DNA of 64,000 nt from the NCBI GenBank assembly GCA_001002415.1, contig LCMB01000001.1:33999-97998 (forward strand), given 5' to 3'. Origin of the DNA: Microgenomates group bacterium GW2011_GWF2_46_18. GTDB lineage: Bacteria; Patescibacteriota; Microgenomatia; UBA1400; UBA12108. Position 1 is the stretch's first letter. Each line of letters starts with the position of its first letter. Below the pieces are notes generated by a model. It searched no databases, was not told the DNA's origin, and was given only the letters and a program-made list of their open reading frames with translations. Positions 38,961 through 48,099 of the stretch are shown piece after piece. A program made the translations under genes and the position numbers.

Positions 38961-41084
38961 TTATGGTTGGGGAGTCGATTCGCGGGCTTTGAGTTCGGCG
39001 AGACTGGTAATTAAAACCGATCGGGGTTTGACCCCTTCGGCTTGGCCGACAACACCAGCTTTTTCGAGTTGATCCATAATCCGGGCAGCTTTGTTATATC
39101 CAAGAGACATTTTGCGTTGCAAATAGCTGGTACTAGCTTTGCCGGCGGCAATGACCACATTGACTGCATCATCGAATTCGGCATCGCGTTCGTCACCAGA
39201 ACCACCGGCAACGGTTTCTTCGCCCTTGAGATACTTTTCGGTGACATCGGTTTCATATTGAACCGGTTTTTGAGTAGTGGCTTTTAGATATTCGATTAAA
39301 CCTTTGATCTCGGTGTTGGTCACAAAAGTTCCCTGAATCCGGGTAGGCAAAGGCCGATCGGGTGGGACATAGAGCATATCTCCCCTACCCAAAAGTTTTT
39401 CGGCTCCCGGTTGATCAATAATAACCCGAGAGTCGATCATGCTCGTGACGTTAAAGGCAATCCGGGTGGGAATATTGGCTTTGATCAGACCGGTAATGAC
39501 GTTAACGGATGGGCGTTGGGTAGCAATAACTAGGTGGAGTCCGGTAGCCCGGGCCATTTGAGCCAGGCGAACAATGAGATCTTCCACTTTGGTGGGAGCG
39601 GTCAACATAATATCGGCGAGTTCGTCGATGACGATGACAATATATTCCATGGCAGTAAAGCCGGAGGCTTCGTTATACTCTTCGATATTTCTGACCCCTA
39701 CTTCGGCAAATATTTTGTAGCGTTTATCCATTTCTTTGGTAGCCCAATTGAGAGCGGAAATAACCCGTTCGGCATCAACAATGACAGGGGTAAGCAAGTG
39801 AGGAATGCCGTTATAACCGGTCAATTCGACTCGTTTGGGATCTACCATGATAAAGCGGAGTTCTTGGGGAGAGTTGCGAAAAAGAAGAGTGGTAATAATG
39901 GTGTTGATACAGACAGATTTACCAGAACCAGTCGAGCCGGCAACCAGAATATGCGGCATTTTTTTGATATCAGCAATGGCCGGAGTACCAGAAACTCCCA
40001 ATCCCAGACCCACAGCCAGACGGGATTTTTCTTTTTTCATATCTGGGTGATGCATGATTTCGGCTAAAGTCACATATTCGGGGGAGCGATTGGGGATTTC
40101 GATCCCAACTAGATTGCGACCGGGGATCGGAGCTTCAATCCGGATTTGACCGGTCGGGGCAGCTAGAGCAAGCGCCAGATCAGTTTGGAGAGCTTTGACT
40201 TTGCTGAGTTTGGTACCTTCGGCGATTTTGATCGCGTATTGAGTAATGGCTGGTCCACCATTCACCTCAATGACTTTAGCCCGAATATTAAAGGATTCAA
40301 GAGTGGATTCGATAATATCAGCGTTTTCTTGAACATTACCACGATCAGCCTTGGTACCTTTCTCACCGGAGAGAAGGGAAAGCGGGGGGTATTTCCAGAT
40401 TTCGGGAGTTCCTTCTTTGGCGGGAGAGAGGGAAGAGGCAAATTCAAGATCGGGGGGAGCTTCTTTGGTGGGAGCTGAAGAAGCGGATTCAGATGATTTG
40501 GCGGGTTTGTTTGATTCGGGTAAGTTAATTTTGGTGGTCATGTTTTTATCAAAGGAGGTTTGTTTGACAGCTGATTTTCGGGAGAAGAGTGCTGATACTC
40601 CCCGGCCAACTAAACGGAAAAAACCAGCAATGACGAGAAAGAAGTCCTCGATCGGGGTATTGGTCAGAACAATAAGACCGATCGTCATGATGGCAAAAAA
40701 GATAATGCTGGCGCCGACAGAAGTAAAAAGAGCGGAGAGGGCTTCATTTGCTTGAGTACCCAGCTCCCCAGCACCAGTTAAACCGAGGGTACCAAGAAAG
40801 AGTAAGGTGCCTCCCAAAAGGAGACTGGGGCTGGCAATCGCCCACTTAAGAGTGGTCATCATAAGTCCGACTGATAAGAGGAGGAAAGGCAAGATGAGCA
40901 TGGTCCAGCCAAAGGCGGTGTAAACGACTAAATAAACTTGGGTCAAGAGTGGACCAGAACGGGTAAAACTCAACATAATGAGGATAGAGAGAAGAATAAA
41001 AAGAATCGAGACAATAGAGTAAACAATTTCCTTGCGGAGCTTGAGTTTGAAGGGTTTCTTGCGGCGGCCACGGCGATGCGACAT
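38961..41084 (-). CDS. ftsK: DNA translocase FtsK/SpoIIIE
   Basis: 707 aa. N-terminal TMs, Walker A GSTGSGKS, Walker B IVIVIDELAD, and a C-terminal gamma (wHTH) domain. Confidence 0.92.
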   Translation of the reverse strand: MSHRRGRRKKPFKLKLRKEIVYSIVSILFILLSILIMLSFTRSGPLLTQVYLVVYTAFGWTMLILPFLLLSVGLMMTTLKWAIASPSLLLGGTLLFLGTLGLTGAGELGTQANEALSALFTSVGASIIFFAIMTIGLIVLTNTPIEDFFLVIAGFFRLVGRGVSALFSRKSAVKQTSFDKNMTTKINLPESNKPAKSSESASSAPTKEAPPDLEFASSLSPAKEGTPEIWKYPPLSLLSGEKGTKADRGNVQENADIIESTLESFNIRAKVIEVNGGPAITQYAIKIAEGTKLSKVKALQTDLALALAAPTGQIRIEAPIPGRNLVGIEIPNRSPEYVTLAEIMHHPDMKKEKSRLAVGLGLGVSGTPAIADIKKMPHILVAGSTGSGKSVCINTIITTLLFRNSPQELRFIMVDPKRVELTGYNGIPHLLTPVIVDAERVISALNWATKEMDKRYKIFAEVGVRNIEEYNEASGFTAMEYIVIVIDELADIMLTAPTKVEDLIVRLAQMARATGLHLVIATQRPSVNVITGLIKANIPTRIAFNVTSMIDSRVIIDQPGAEKLLGRGDMLYVPPDRPLPTRIQGTFVTNTEIKGLIEYLKATTQKPVQYETDVTEKYLKGEETVAGGSGDERDAEFDDAVNVVIAAGKASTSYLQRKMSLGYNKAARIMDQLEKAGVVGQAEGVKPRSVLITSLAELKARESTPQP

Positions 41085-41089
41085 ATGAA

Positions 41090-42736
41090 TTAGCTTTCAA
41101 TAATAATCGGAATTACCAAGGGGTTTTTGCCGATTTTTGCCACAAATAAACGGCTAACCTCTTTGGCAATTCTATCCTTACTATACAACTTATCTCTGGT
41201 AATGTCGTCAGGCCTGAGGATAGTAAGTAATTGTCCCTTGATGTCAGACAAAATATCGTTACCAACGGGCGGGGTCAAGCCCTTGGGGATAAGATCTAGG
41301 TCAAGGGTGTGCTGGCGAATGGTGATGGCCGCAATGACTACCCCCTCTTGATACATGAGTTTGCGATCAGTTAGCGGAGCGTCAGAGCGGAAGATTTGGC
41401 CGGACTCAACGTAGACACTTTTGATATCGAGTTTTTCGCCGTAGTGAACGATACCGGTTGGTTCGAGCACAATCACTTGATTTTCGGGCATTAAGATATG
41501 ATCGGAGGCTAACCCCATTTTGGCGGCAAGTTTGCCGTATTGAATCATGTGCCGATAAGTACCACCGGTCGGAAGAACATATTTGGGTTTGGTCATAGCA
41601 ATGAGCATCATGAGCTCGCTACTGCTGGCATGACCAGAAACATGGAGATCGTCGGCGATATCATAATAGATGACTTCCAATTGATGAGCACTCAGCATAT
41701 CAACTAAGCGGTAAACATTGGCTTCGTTGCCAGGAATAGGGTCGGAAGAAAAAATGACTTTGTCGCCGGGGTCGAGATGGACGACCTTGTGCTCACCGGT
41801 GGCAATTTTCTCGAGGGAAGAGCCGAGTTGGCCCTGGCTGCCGGCGATAATTAAACACTGTTCGTTTTTGGGAAGCGCGGCAATTTTCCGTTTATCAATC
41901 ACGAGACGGGGAGGGATTTTCAAAAATCCTAGTTCGGCGGCGACTTTGACGTTGCGCTCGATAGAAAAGCCGACAAAGGCGACTTTGCGGTTGTTGCGTT
42001 TGGCCACCCAAAGAGCTTGTTGAATTCGACTGATGTTGCTGCTCATGGTAGTTAGGACAACTCGATTGGATTCATCACGAAATTCGCGTTCCAGAGAGTC
42101 TTCGACACTCGCCTCGGAAAGAGAGTAACCTTTTTTCTCACCGCGCAAACAGTCGGACAGCAAGAGAGTAACCCCTTCCGCACCAGCCCGAGTAATGGAT
42201 TGAATGTCGGGAAGTTCTTGGCCGACCGGGGTCCAGTCAAACTTGAAATCGGAGCCGTGGTAGATATTACCGTAGGGAGTTTTGATCACTAAGTGTTTGG
42301 TATCGGGGACAGAGTGAGTCACGGGAATCATTTTGACTTCAAAAATACCAAGTTGAATAGGTTGGCGGTCACCGACTACATTGATCAAACGAAGATCAAT
42401 ATCAAATTCGCGAAATTTTTCTCGGATGAAACCGGCAGTTAATTTACTCGCATAGATCGGGATCTGCCCGCCTAGTTCGGGAATGATATAGGGGAAGCCG
42501 CCAATGTGATCTTCGTGTCCGTGGGTGACGACGAAGCCGCGGATTTTGCTGATTTTGTCTTTGAGATAGGTGATATCGGGAATAGTTAAATCAACCCCGG
42601 GAACTCCTTCGTCGGGGAAACCCATGCCACAGTCGACGATAAAAATATCGTCAGCAGACTCATAAACATACATGTTATCGTGGACGTTGGGCATGCCCCC
42701 CAAGGGGACAATGCGGATGGGGTAGTTGTAAGACAT
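41090..42736 (-). CDS. rnj: ribonuclease J
   Basis: 548 aa. Metallo-beta-lactamase/beta-CASP protein with THGHEDHIGG and an RNase J-type N-terminus (IRIVPLGG). Confidence 0.9.
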   Translation of the reverse strand: MSYNYPIRIVPLGGMPNVHDNMYVYESADDIFIVDCGMGFPDEGVPGVDLTIPDITYLKDKISKIRGFVVTHGHEDHIGGFPYIIPELGGQIPIYASKLTAGFIREKFREFDIDLRLINVVGDRQPIQLGIFEVKMIPVTHSVPDTKHLVIKTPYGNIYHGSDFKFDWTPVGQELPDIQSITRAGAEGVTLLLSDCLRGEKKGYSLSEASVEDSLEREFRDESNRVVLTTMSSNISRIQQALWVAKRNNRKVAFVGFSIERNVKVAAELGFLKIPPRLVIDKRKIAALPKNEQCLIIAGSQGQLGSSLEKIATGEHKVVHLDPGDKVIFSSDPIPGNEANVYRLVDMLSAHQLEVIYYDIADDLHVSGHASSSELMMLIAMTKPKYVLPTGGTYRHMIQYGKLAAKMGLASDHILMPENQVIVLEPTGIVHYGEKLDIKSVYVESGQIFRSDAPLTDRKLMYQEGVVIAAITIRQHTLDLDLIPKGLTPPVGNDILSDIKGQLLTILRPDDITRDKLYSKDRIAKEVSRLFVAKIGKNPLVIPIIIES

Positions 42737-42769
42737 AGATTCCTTTCTTAATTATATGACAAAATTGCT

Positions 42770-43435
42770 TTACCAAAAGATCGGGGTTTCCCCATGAGCG
42801 ACTAAGTAAGTATCACAGCGAGAAAAAGGCCGAGAACCAAAGAAGCCATTATGAGCGGATAAGGGAGAGGGATGAGCGGAGCGAATCACCAAGTGACGGG
42901 ATTCGTCGATGACGGCACCTTTTTTCTGAGCATAAGCACCCCAAAGGATAAAAACCAAATTCTGTTTTTGTTGGGAGAGCACGCGAACAACAGCATCGGT
43001 GAATTGCTCCCAACCGAGGTTTTGATGGGAACCGGCTTGATGAGCACGAACAGTTAAGGTTGCGTTTAAAAGCAGAACTCCCTGTTGGGCCCACTTGGTT
43101 AAATCGCCGTCTTTCTGGCTAGGAGGTTTTCCTGTATCAGACTCGATTTCTTTGTAGATGTTTTGCAGGGAGGGAGGGAGTTTGACTCCCTGGTTAACGG
43201 AGAAACAAAGCCCGTTGGCTTGATCCGGCTCGTGATAAGGATCTTGGCCCAAAATAACTACTTTGACTTGATCAAAAGGGGTTAAATCGAACGCGCGAAA
43301 AATAAAGCGAGGAGGAGGATAAATGGTCGCACTTTCATATTCTGATTTAACAAACTTGGTGAGTTTGCGAAAGTAGTCTTTGTCAAATTCTTTTTGAAGA
43401 ACTTTTTCCCAGCTGGGTTCAATTTTTACTTGCAT
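42770..43435 (-). CDS. ung: uracil-DNA glycosylase, family 1
   Basis: 221 aa. GQDPYH, a water-activating loop and HPSPLSA motifs. Confidence 0.92.
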   Translation of the reverse strand: MQVKIEPSWEKVLQKEFDKDYFRKLTKFVKSEYESATIYPPPRFIFRAFDLTPFDQVKVVILGQDPYHEPDQANGLCFSVNQGVKLPPSLQNIYKEIESDTGKPPSQKDGDLTKWAQQGVLLLNATLTVRAHQAGSHQNLGWEQFTDAVVRVLSQQKQNLVFILWGAYAQKKGAVIDESRHLVIRSAHPSPLSAHNGFFGSRPFSRCDTYLVAHGETPIFW

Positions 43436-43436
43436 T

Positions 43437-44084
43437 TTAGGGTTGATATTGTTCGGTTATACTAGTTACCGTTCCGTTGGTAGATTCTATCCAAAATAAG
43501 GTATTAGTCCATTTTTCTGGTTTTTTTTGAAAATCATCCAAAAACTGACTAAAGGTCACTGATTCATTTTTGACTTGACCATCCGTTTCTAACGTATATG
43601 TTTGAAGGGTAACTTTGGGTTCGGCTCCTGGAACATCTGTATATAACTTTTCTGTTGTTGTGATTGGATTATTTATGCGATATCCATTAGGGGCATTATT
43701 GTCATTAATCCATTCAACATAGTCTATATCTAAAGCATAATTATCGTAGTTGGGTTTGATTGATTTGATATAGCCAATTTTTTTTGTGATATTACTATCT
43801 AAATTCTGTGTTTGAGTAAACTTGAAGGTGGAGAGGATTTGGTCAAAAATGATTTCGTAAGCGGAACCATTTTCGTTGGAAGGATAACTTAGTGCGAAAG
43901 AATAAGTAATTCCATTAACTTTAAATACTCCCAAGGTATTTTTGAGCTGGTCTGTAATTCCTATACCCTGGTTGCCGTTTGAATATGTACGGTGATATTT
44001 GTAAAGTTTTATTCCATCGAGTTCGAAGGGTTCTCCTTCGAGATCCATCCCTAAGCCCCCAATACCAACTAGATTAAATGTCAT
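43437..44084 (-). CDS. hypothetical protein (possible C-terminal part of a split gene)
   Basis: 215-aa ORF, visibly A+T-rich, with no SD. The frame stays open upstream to 44120, which overlaps the end of the preceding ORF. Confidence 0.4.
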   Translation of the reverse strand: MTFNLVGIGGLGMDLEGEPFELDGIKLYKYHRTYSNGNQGIGITDQLKNTLGVFKVNGITYSFALSYPSNENGSAYEIIFDQILSTFKFTQTQNLDSNITKKIGYIKSIKPNYDNYALDIDYVEWINDNNAPNGYRINNPITTTEKLYTDVPGAEPKVTLQTYTLETDGQVKNESVTFSQFLDDFQKKPEKWTNTLFWIESTNGTVTSITEQYQP

Positions 44085-44107
44085 ACTAATTTTTGCTTTT
44101 TCGTGTG

Positions 44108-44473
44108 TTATTGACCATTGTCATTGTCCCCTGCGTTTTCAATTTTCAAGTCCCATGACGAGGGATACTTAAAAGAGACTTTATGTTCATTGTTAATGTA
44201 GGTTTGCCAGTCGGCGGTGGGATCAGTCGGTGCCATGGCTATGGCAGACGCAGTCGGTGAGGGAGAGGCAGTAAGCTGGGATTGGAGGGTGCGATTTTGC
44301 CAGAAGAGGTAACCGGAAATGCCGAGAAAAATTAGAAATATGGGTAAAAGAAGCCATGGACTGAGTGAGCGAGAGGGTGCTGGAAGAGGACTATCGGGGA
44401 CAGGGGCGGGCTGGGGAGGTAGGGACGATTCGAGATTGGGGCTGGGTGCAAGTTGATGAGAATTGATTTCCAT
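44108..44473 (-). CDS. membrane-anchored hypothetical protein (possible N-terminal part of a split gene)
   Basis: 121 aa. Pro-rich N-terminus, one TM, an S/T/A/P linker, then WQTYINNEHKVSFKYPSSW. It ends only a few residues into that domain. Confidence 0.4.
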   Translation of the reverse strand: MEINSHQLAPSPNLESSLPPQPAPVPDSPLPAPSRSLSPWLLLPIFLIFLGISGYLFWQNRTLQSQLTASPSPTASAIAMAPTDPTADWQTYINNEHKVSFKYPSSWDLKIENAGDNDNGQ

Positions 44474-44485
44474 AATTCCTTTCGG

Positions 44486-45547
44486 CTAGTAAGCTTTCAT
44501 GTATTGTTTGTAGTTGGCCATGTCGATTTTGACTGTTTGGGCCTTGCCTTCAACAACTTCCCTGGCCACGCGGCGAGTTAGGGCGTTGATGGTCCGCTCG
44601 AGGGTGCGGATCCCAGCATCATAACCAAGAGGTCGGGTAACTACCGGCCAAACGGCAGGGTCGATAGTGAGTTGGGAGGCTAAAAGGCCAGCGTCTTTGA
44701 GGGCTTTGGGAAGGAGAAAATCTTGGGAAATATGAGTTTTCTCTTCGTCGGTATAAGAGGGCATTTGAATGATTTCGAGGCGGTCGAGGACGGCGGTTGC
44801 CACATTGGTAGTATTGTTGGCGGTCGCCACAAAAAGAACTTGCGAGAGATCAAGTGGATAGTCAAGGTAATGGTCCAGGAAGCGATTGTTTTGGGTGGGG
44901 TCCAAAAGTTCGACTAGGACACCCATAATATCGGCGCGTTCTTCGACTCCGACCCGATCAATTTCATCGAGGAGAATAATGGGGTTCATACTCCCAGCAT
45001 CACGAATGGCTTTGACAATGGCACCAGGCTCAGCTTCGGCGAAGAGACGGGATTTGCCGCGCAAATCGCGAGCGCTCCCCAAGCCACCAAAGGGAATACG
45101 GGCCAATTTTCTCCCAAGAGTATTGGCAAGACTGTAGGCAAAAGTGGTTTTGCCGGTACCAACCAGACCGACGAGGAAAATGGCGGGAGCGCGGGGAGAG
45201 GTTTCACCACCTTGGCTTGCGCGCAGTTTGAGAGTAGCTAAGTATTCGAGGATTCGGTCTTTGGTTTCGATCATACCGTAGTGAGAAGCGTTCATGGCAG
45301 AAGCGGCCTGAGTAATATCAAGTTTATCTTGGGTGTAAATACCCCAGGGAAGATGGGTAATCCAGTTGATATAGTGGGCACTCCGGTCGTATTCGGCGCT
45401 ATAGACTCCAGTGTCGACCATACGCTCTAGACGGGAAAGCATGTCGAGGGCTTTGACCGACAAATCGGGAGGGAGTTTCGCACCACTAATTTGGGATTTA
45501 AGACTGACTAGTTCGGCAGCAAATTGAGTCGAGTGAGTATCGGGCAT
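44486..45547 (-). CDS. Lon-type AAA+ ATPase module without LAN or protease domains
   Basis: The track ORF starts at a TTG at 45565; the ATG at 45547 is the alternative. It matches the Lon pre-AAA helix through the AAA+ module (LPWGIYTQDKLD, HYGM..KDRILEYLA, GLVGTGKTT, ILLDEIDR, LDRLEII). It ends at the point where the Lon protease domain would begin. Confidence 0.7.
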   Translation of the reverse strand: MPDTHSTQFAAELVSLKSQISGAKLPPDLSVKALDMLSRLERMVDTGVYSAEYDRSAHYINWITHLPWGIYTQDKLDITQAASAMNASHYGMIETKDRILEYLATLKLRASQGGETSPRAPAIFLVGLVGTGKTTFAYSLANTLGRKLARIPFGGLGSARDLRGKSRLFAEAEPGAIVKAIRDAGSMNPIILLDEIDRVGVEERADIMGVLVELLDPTQNNRFLDHYLDYPLDLSQVLFVATANNTTNVATAVLDRLEIIQMPSYTDEEKTHISQDFLLPKALKDAGLLASQLTIDPAVWPVVTRPLGYDAGIRTLERTINALTRRVAREVVEGKAQTVKIDMANYKQYMKAY

Positions 45548-45574
45548 AGATCTATGGTAACACAAGCACTTACC

Positions 45575-47761
45575 TTACCGGCGAGGACGGAAGCCACCGC
45601 GGTCGCCACTGCGCCCGCCAAAACCACCTCGGCGGGGACCACCAAAGTCATTAGAGCGAGGAGGACGAGGAGCATCGGGCTTGAGTTGATCAAGAGGCAC
45701 CATGGAAAGATCAGTCCTGCCCATGTCGTCAACACCTTTGACCCAGACGTGGACAGAGTCACCTTCTTTGACCAAGGATCCGGCGTCTTGTACGTATTCC
45801 GCACTCATGCGAGAAACGTGGACCAGGCCTTGTTTCCCGGGCAAAAATTCGACGAAACAACCATAACCCTCGACTCGGGTGACTTTACCATCGTATTCTT
45901 CACCGGCTTCGGGCACATGAACCATACCTTTAATCCAATTGACGGCTTTGTCCATCCCGACGGGGTCTACTCCACTCACGGTGACTTTACCAACTCCGGT
46001 TGCGTCATCGATGTCAACTTGGACACCACAATCGGCCATGATTTGTTTGATGTGTTTGCCTCCTGGGCCAATCACTTCACCAATTTTGTCATTGGGAATT
46101 TCGAATTGGACAATTTTGGGAGCATACTTACTGAGTTCTTTCCTGGGTTCGGGAATAGCTTTGAGCATGACTTTCATGATTTCCATGCGAGCATCTTTGG
46201 CCTGAGCTAGAGCTTGGGTTAGAACTTCGAAGGAAATACCACTGACTTTAATATCCATTTGGAGGGCGGTAATCCCATCACGGGTTCCAGCCACTTTAAA
46301 GTCCATATCTCCCACATGATCTTCGATTCCGGCGATATCGGTTAAGACCACACTCTTTTTTCCATCGGTCATGAGACCCATGGCGATCCCAGCAACCGGT
46401 TTCTTGAGGGGAACTCCGGCAGCCATTAAAGCCATACAAGAGCCACAAACGGAAGCCTGACTGGTACTACCGTTGCTACTCATAACTTCAGAAACGACTT
46501 GGATGGTGTAGGGAAAGTCTAGTTCGGAAGGAAGCATGGGGACAATGGCCCGTTCGGCCAAGGCACCGTGACCAATTTCACGGCGACCAGGAGCGCCAAA
46601 GCGACCGGTTTCACCGCTAGCATAAGGAGGCATGGCATAGTGATGAATGTAGTGTTTCACTTTTTCGTCTTCCATAGTCTCTAAGATTTGACCTAAGGAA
46701 GGGGCGCCCAACGTCGCAATAGAAAGTACTTGAGTTTGACCACGCTTGAACATGGCACTCCCGTGGGGGCGAGGCAAGATATCGACCTCGGCCTCTAGTG
46801 GACGAATATCGACAGTTTTGCGGCCATCGATCCGAATGCCAGTATTAATGGTTTTGGCTCGAGTTTCCTCGCCCAAAACATCGTGAATAATCTCCCCTAA
46901 TTGGCGAGAGTCCAGTTGTTCGGCGTAACTATCTTCCAGGGCGGCCACAAAATCTTCGACTAAGCCGTCTTCACAGCCGGGGACACCAAGGCGCTTGGCA
47001 ATGTCGGGGCGAACTTTGTTGGTGATCTCAGCTTTAAGCGCGGCGGGAATAATTTCCACGGTAGGAAATTCGAGTTTGGGTTTGCCGATTTTCTCCCGAA
47101 AATCTTCGATCACGGTGACAATTTTTTTGATTTCACCGTGGGCAAATTCTAGGGCTTTGAGCATATCCTCTTCACTAACTTCGTTAGCTCCAGCTTCGAC
47201 CATAACAATGGCTTCTTTGCTACCAGAAACTATTAGGTCGAGGGAAGAAGTAGCGCGTTGTTCGTAGGTCGGGTTGGCAACAAAAGCTCCCTCGATCATC
47301 CCAACACGAATGCCGGCGATAGGACCATCCCAGGGAATATTACTAACGTGGAGAGCGGAAGAAGTGCCGACCAAGCCAAGCATGTCGGCATCGTTAGCAC
47401 CATCGGCAGAGAGAACAGTAGCAATAATTTGAACGTCGCGTTTGACGTTTTTGGGGAAGAGCGGGCGAATTGAGCGGTCAATAATCCGGCCTTTGAGGAT
47501 GGCTTCATCGGAGGGTCGGCCATCACGCTTGACCCAGCGACTGCCCTTGATTTTGCCACCAGCGTAGAGCTTTTCGGCAAAGTCGACAGAGAGAGGGAAA
47601 TAGGACAAAGTGGTATCACTTTTACCCATTACTGCAGTTACGTGGACGACGGTATCGCCGTAACTAACGAGAATGGCGGCATTGGCTTGTTCGGAAAAAC
47701 GACCGTATTCGAGGGTAAGGTCTTTGCCACCGATGGCGGCTTTTACTTTGGTTGATGACAT
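45575..47761 (-). CDS. pnp: polyribonucleotide nucleotidyltransferase (PNPase) with RGG-rich tail
   Basis: 728 aa. Two RNase PH domains, KH and S1 domains, then an FGGPRRGGFGGRSGDRGGFRPRR tail. Confidence 0.97.
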   Translation of the reverse strand: MSSTKVKAAIGGKDLTLEYGRFSEQANAAILVSYGDTVVHVTAVMGKSDTTLSYFPLSVDFAEKLYAGGKIKGSRWVKRDGRPSDEAILKGRIIDRSIRPLFPKNVKRDVQIIATVLSADGANDADMLGLVGTSSALHVSNIPWDGPIAGIRVGMIEGAFVANPTYEQRATSSLDLIVSGSKEAIVMVEAGANEVSEEDMLKALEFAHGEIKKIVTVIEDFREKIGKPKLEFPTVEIIPAALKAEITNKVRPDIAKRLGVPGCEDGLVEDFVAALEDSYAEQLDSRQLGEIIHDVLGEETRAKTINTGIRIDGRKTVDIRPLEAEVDILPRPHGSAMFKRGQTQVLSIATLGAPSLGQILETMEDEKVKHYIHHYAMPPYASGETGRFGAPGRREIGHGALAERAIVPMLPSELDFPYTIQVVSEVMSSNGSTSQASVCGSCMALMAAGVPLKKPVAGIAMGLMTDGKKSVVLTDIAGIEDHVGDMDFKVAGTRDGITALQMDIKVSGISFEVLTQALAQAKDARMEIMKVMLKAIPEPRKELSKYAPKIVQFEIPNDKIGEVIGPGGKHIKQIMADCGVQVDIDDATGVGKVTVSGVDPVGMDKAVNWIKGMVHVPEAGEEYDGKVTRVEGYGCFVEFLPGKQGLVHVSRMSAEYVQDAGSLVKEGDSVHVWVKGVDDMGRTDLSMVPLDQLKPDAPRPPRSNDFGGPRRGGFGGRSGDRGGFRPRR

Positions 47762-47780
47762 GAGATTTTAGACAGGAACT

Positions 47781-48047
47781 CTATTTCACGAGGTTTAAAG
47801 TCTTGACTAGGGTACGATAACGGTCTTCGACGTTGGTTCTTAAATAATTTAAGAGCCGACGGCGCTTGCTGACCATTTTTAGTAACCCGCGGCGAGAATG
47901 ATTGTCCTTCTTGTGAACCTTCAAGTGCTCGGTAAGCTCCTTGATGCGCTCAGTGAGAAGTGCAATCTGCACCTCGGGAGATCCAGTGTCTCCTTTCGTT
48001 GTTGCAAATTTTTTAATAATTTTACTTTTGTCGTCGATTTTTAGCAT
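47781..48047 (-). CDS. rpsO: 30S ribosomal protein S15
   Basis: 88 aa. [17 protein letters not shown] and [11 protein letters not shown] motifs. Confidence 0.95.
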   Translation of the reverse strand: MLKIDDKSKIIKKFATTKGDTGSPEVQIALLTERIKELTEHLKVHKKDNHSRRGLLKMVSKRRRLLNYLRTNVEDRYRTLVKTLNLVK

Positions 48048-48059
48048 AGCTAGAGGTGG

Positions 48060-48088
48060 ATTATAGCGGATACGAGGGAATCTGACAA
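48060..48088 (-). promoter_or_regulatory. candidate sigma70-type promoter for rpsO-pnp
   Basis: Minus strand reads TTGTCA-17 nt-TATAAT, with the -10 ending 12 nt before the rpsO ATG. There is no SD in between. Confidence 0.45.
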
Positions 48089-48099
48089 TGGGAAAGTTC

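Noticed and set aside
39534-40067. 177-aa plus-strand ORF
   Set aside because: Antisense to the ftsK ATPase domain. A shadow ORF.
45524-46210. 228-aa plus-strand ORF
   Set aside because: It lies entirely antisense to the well-supported pnp gene and has a low-complexity, motif-free translation. This is a typical shadow ORF.
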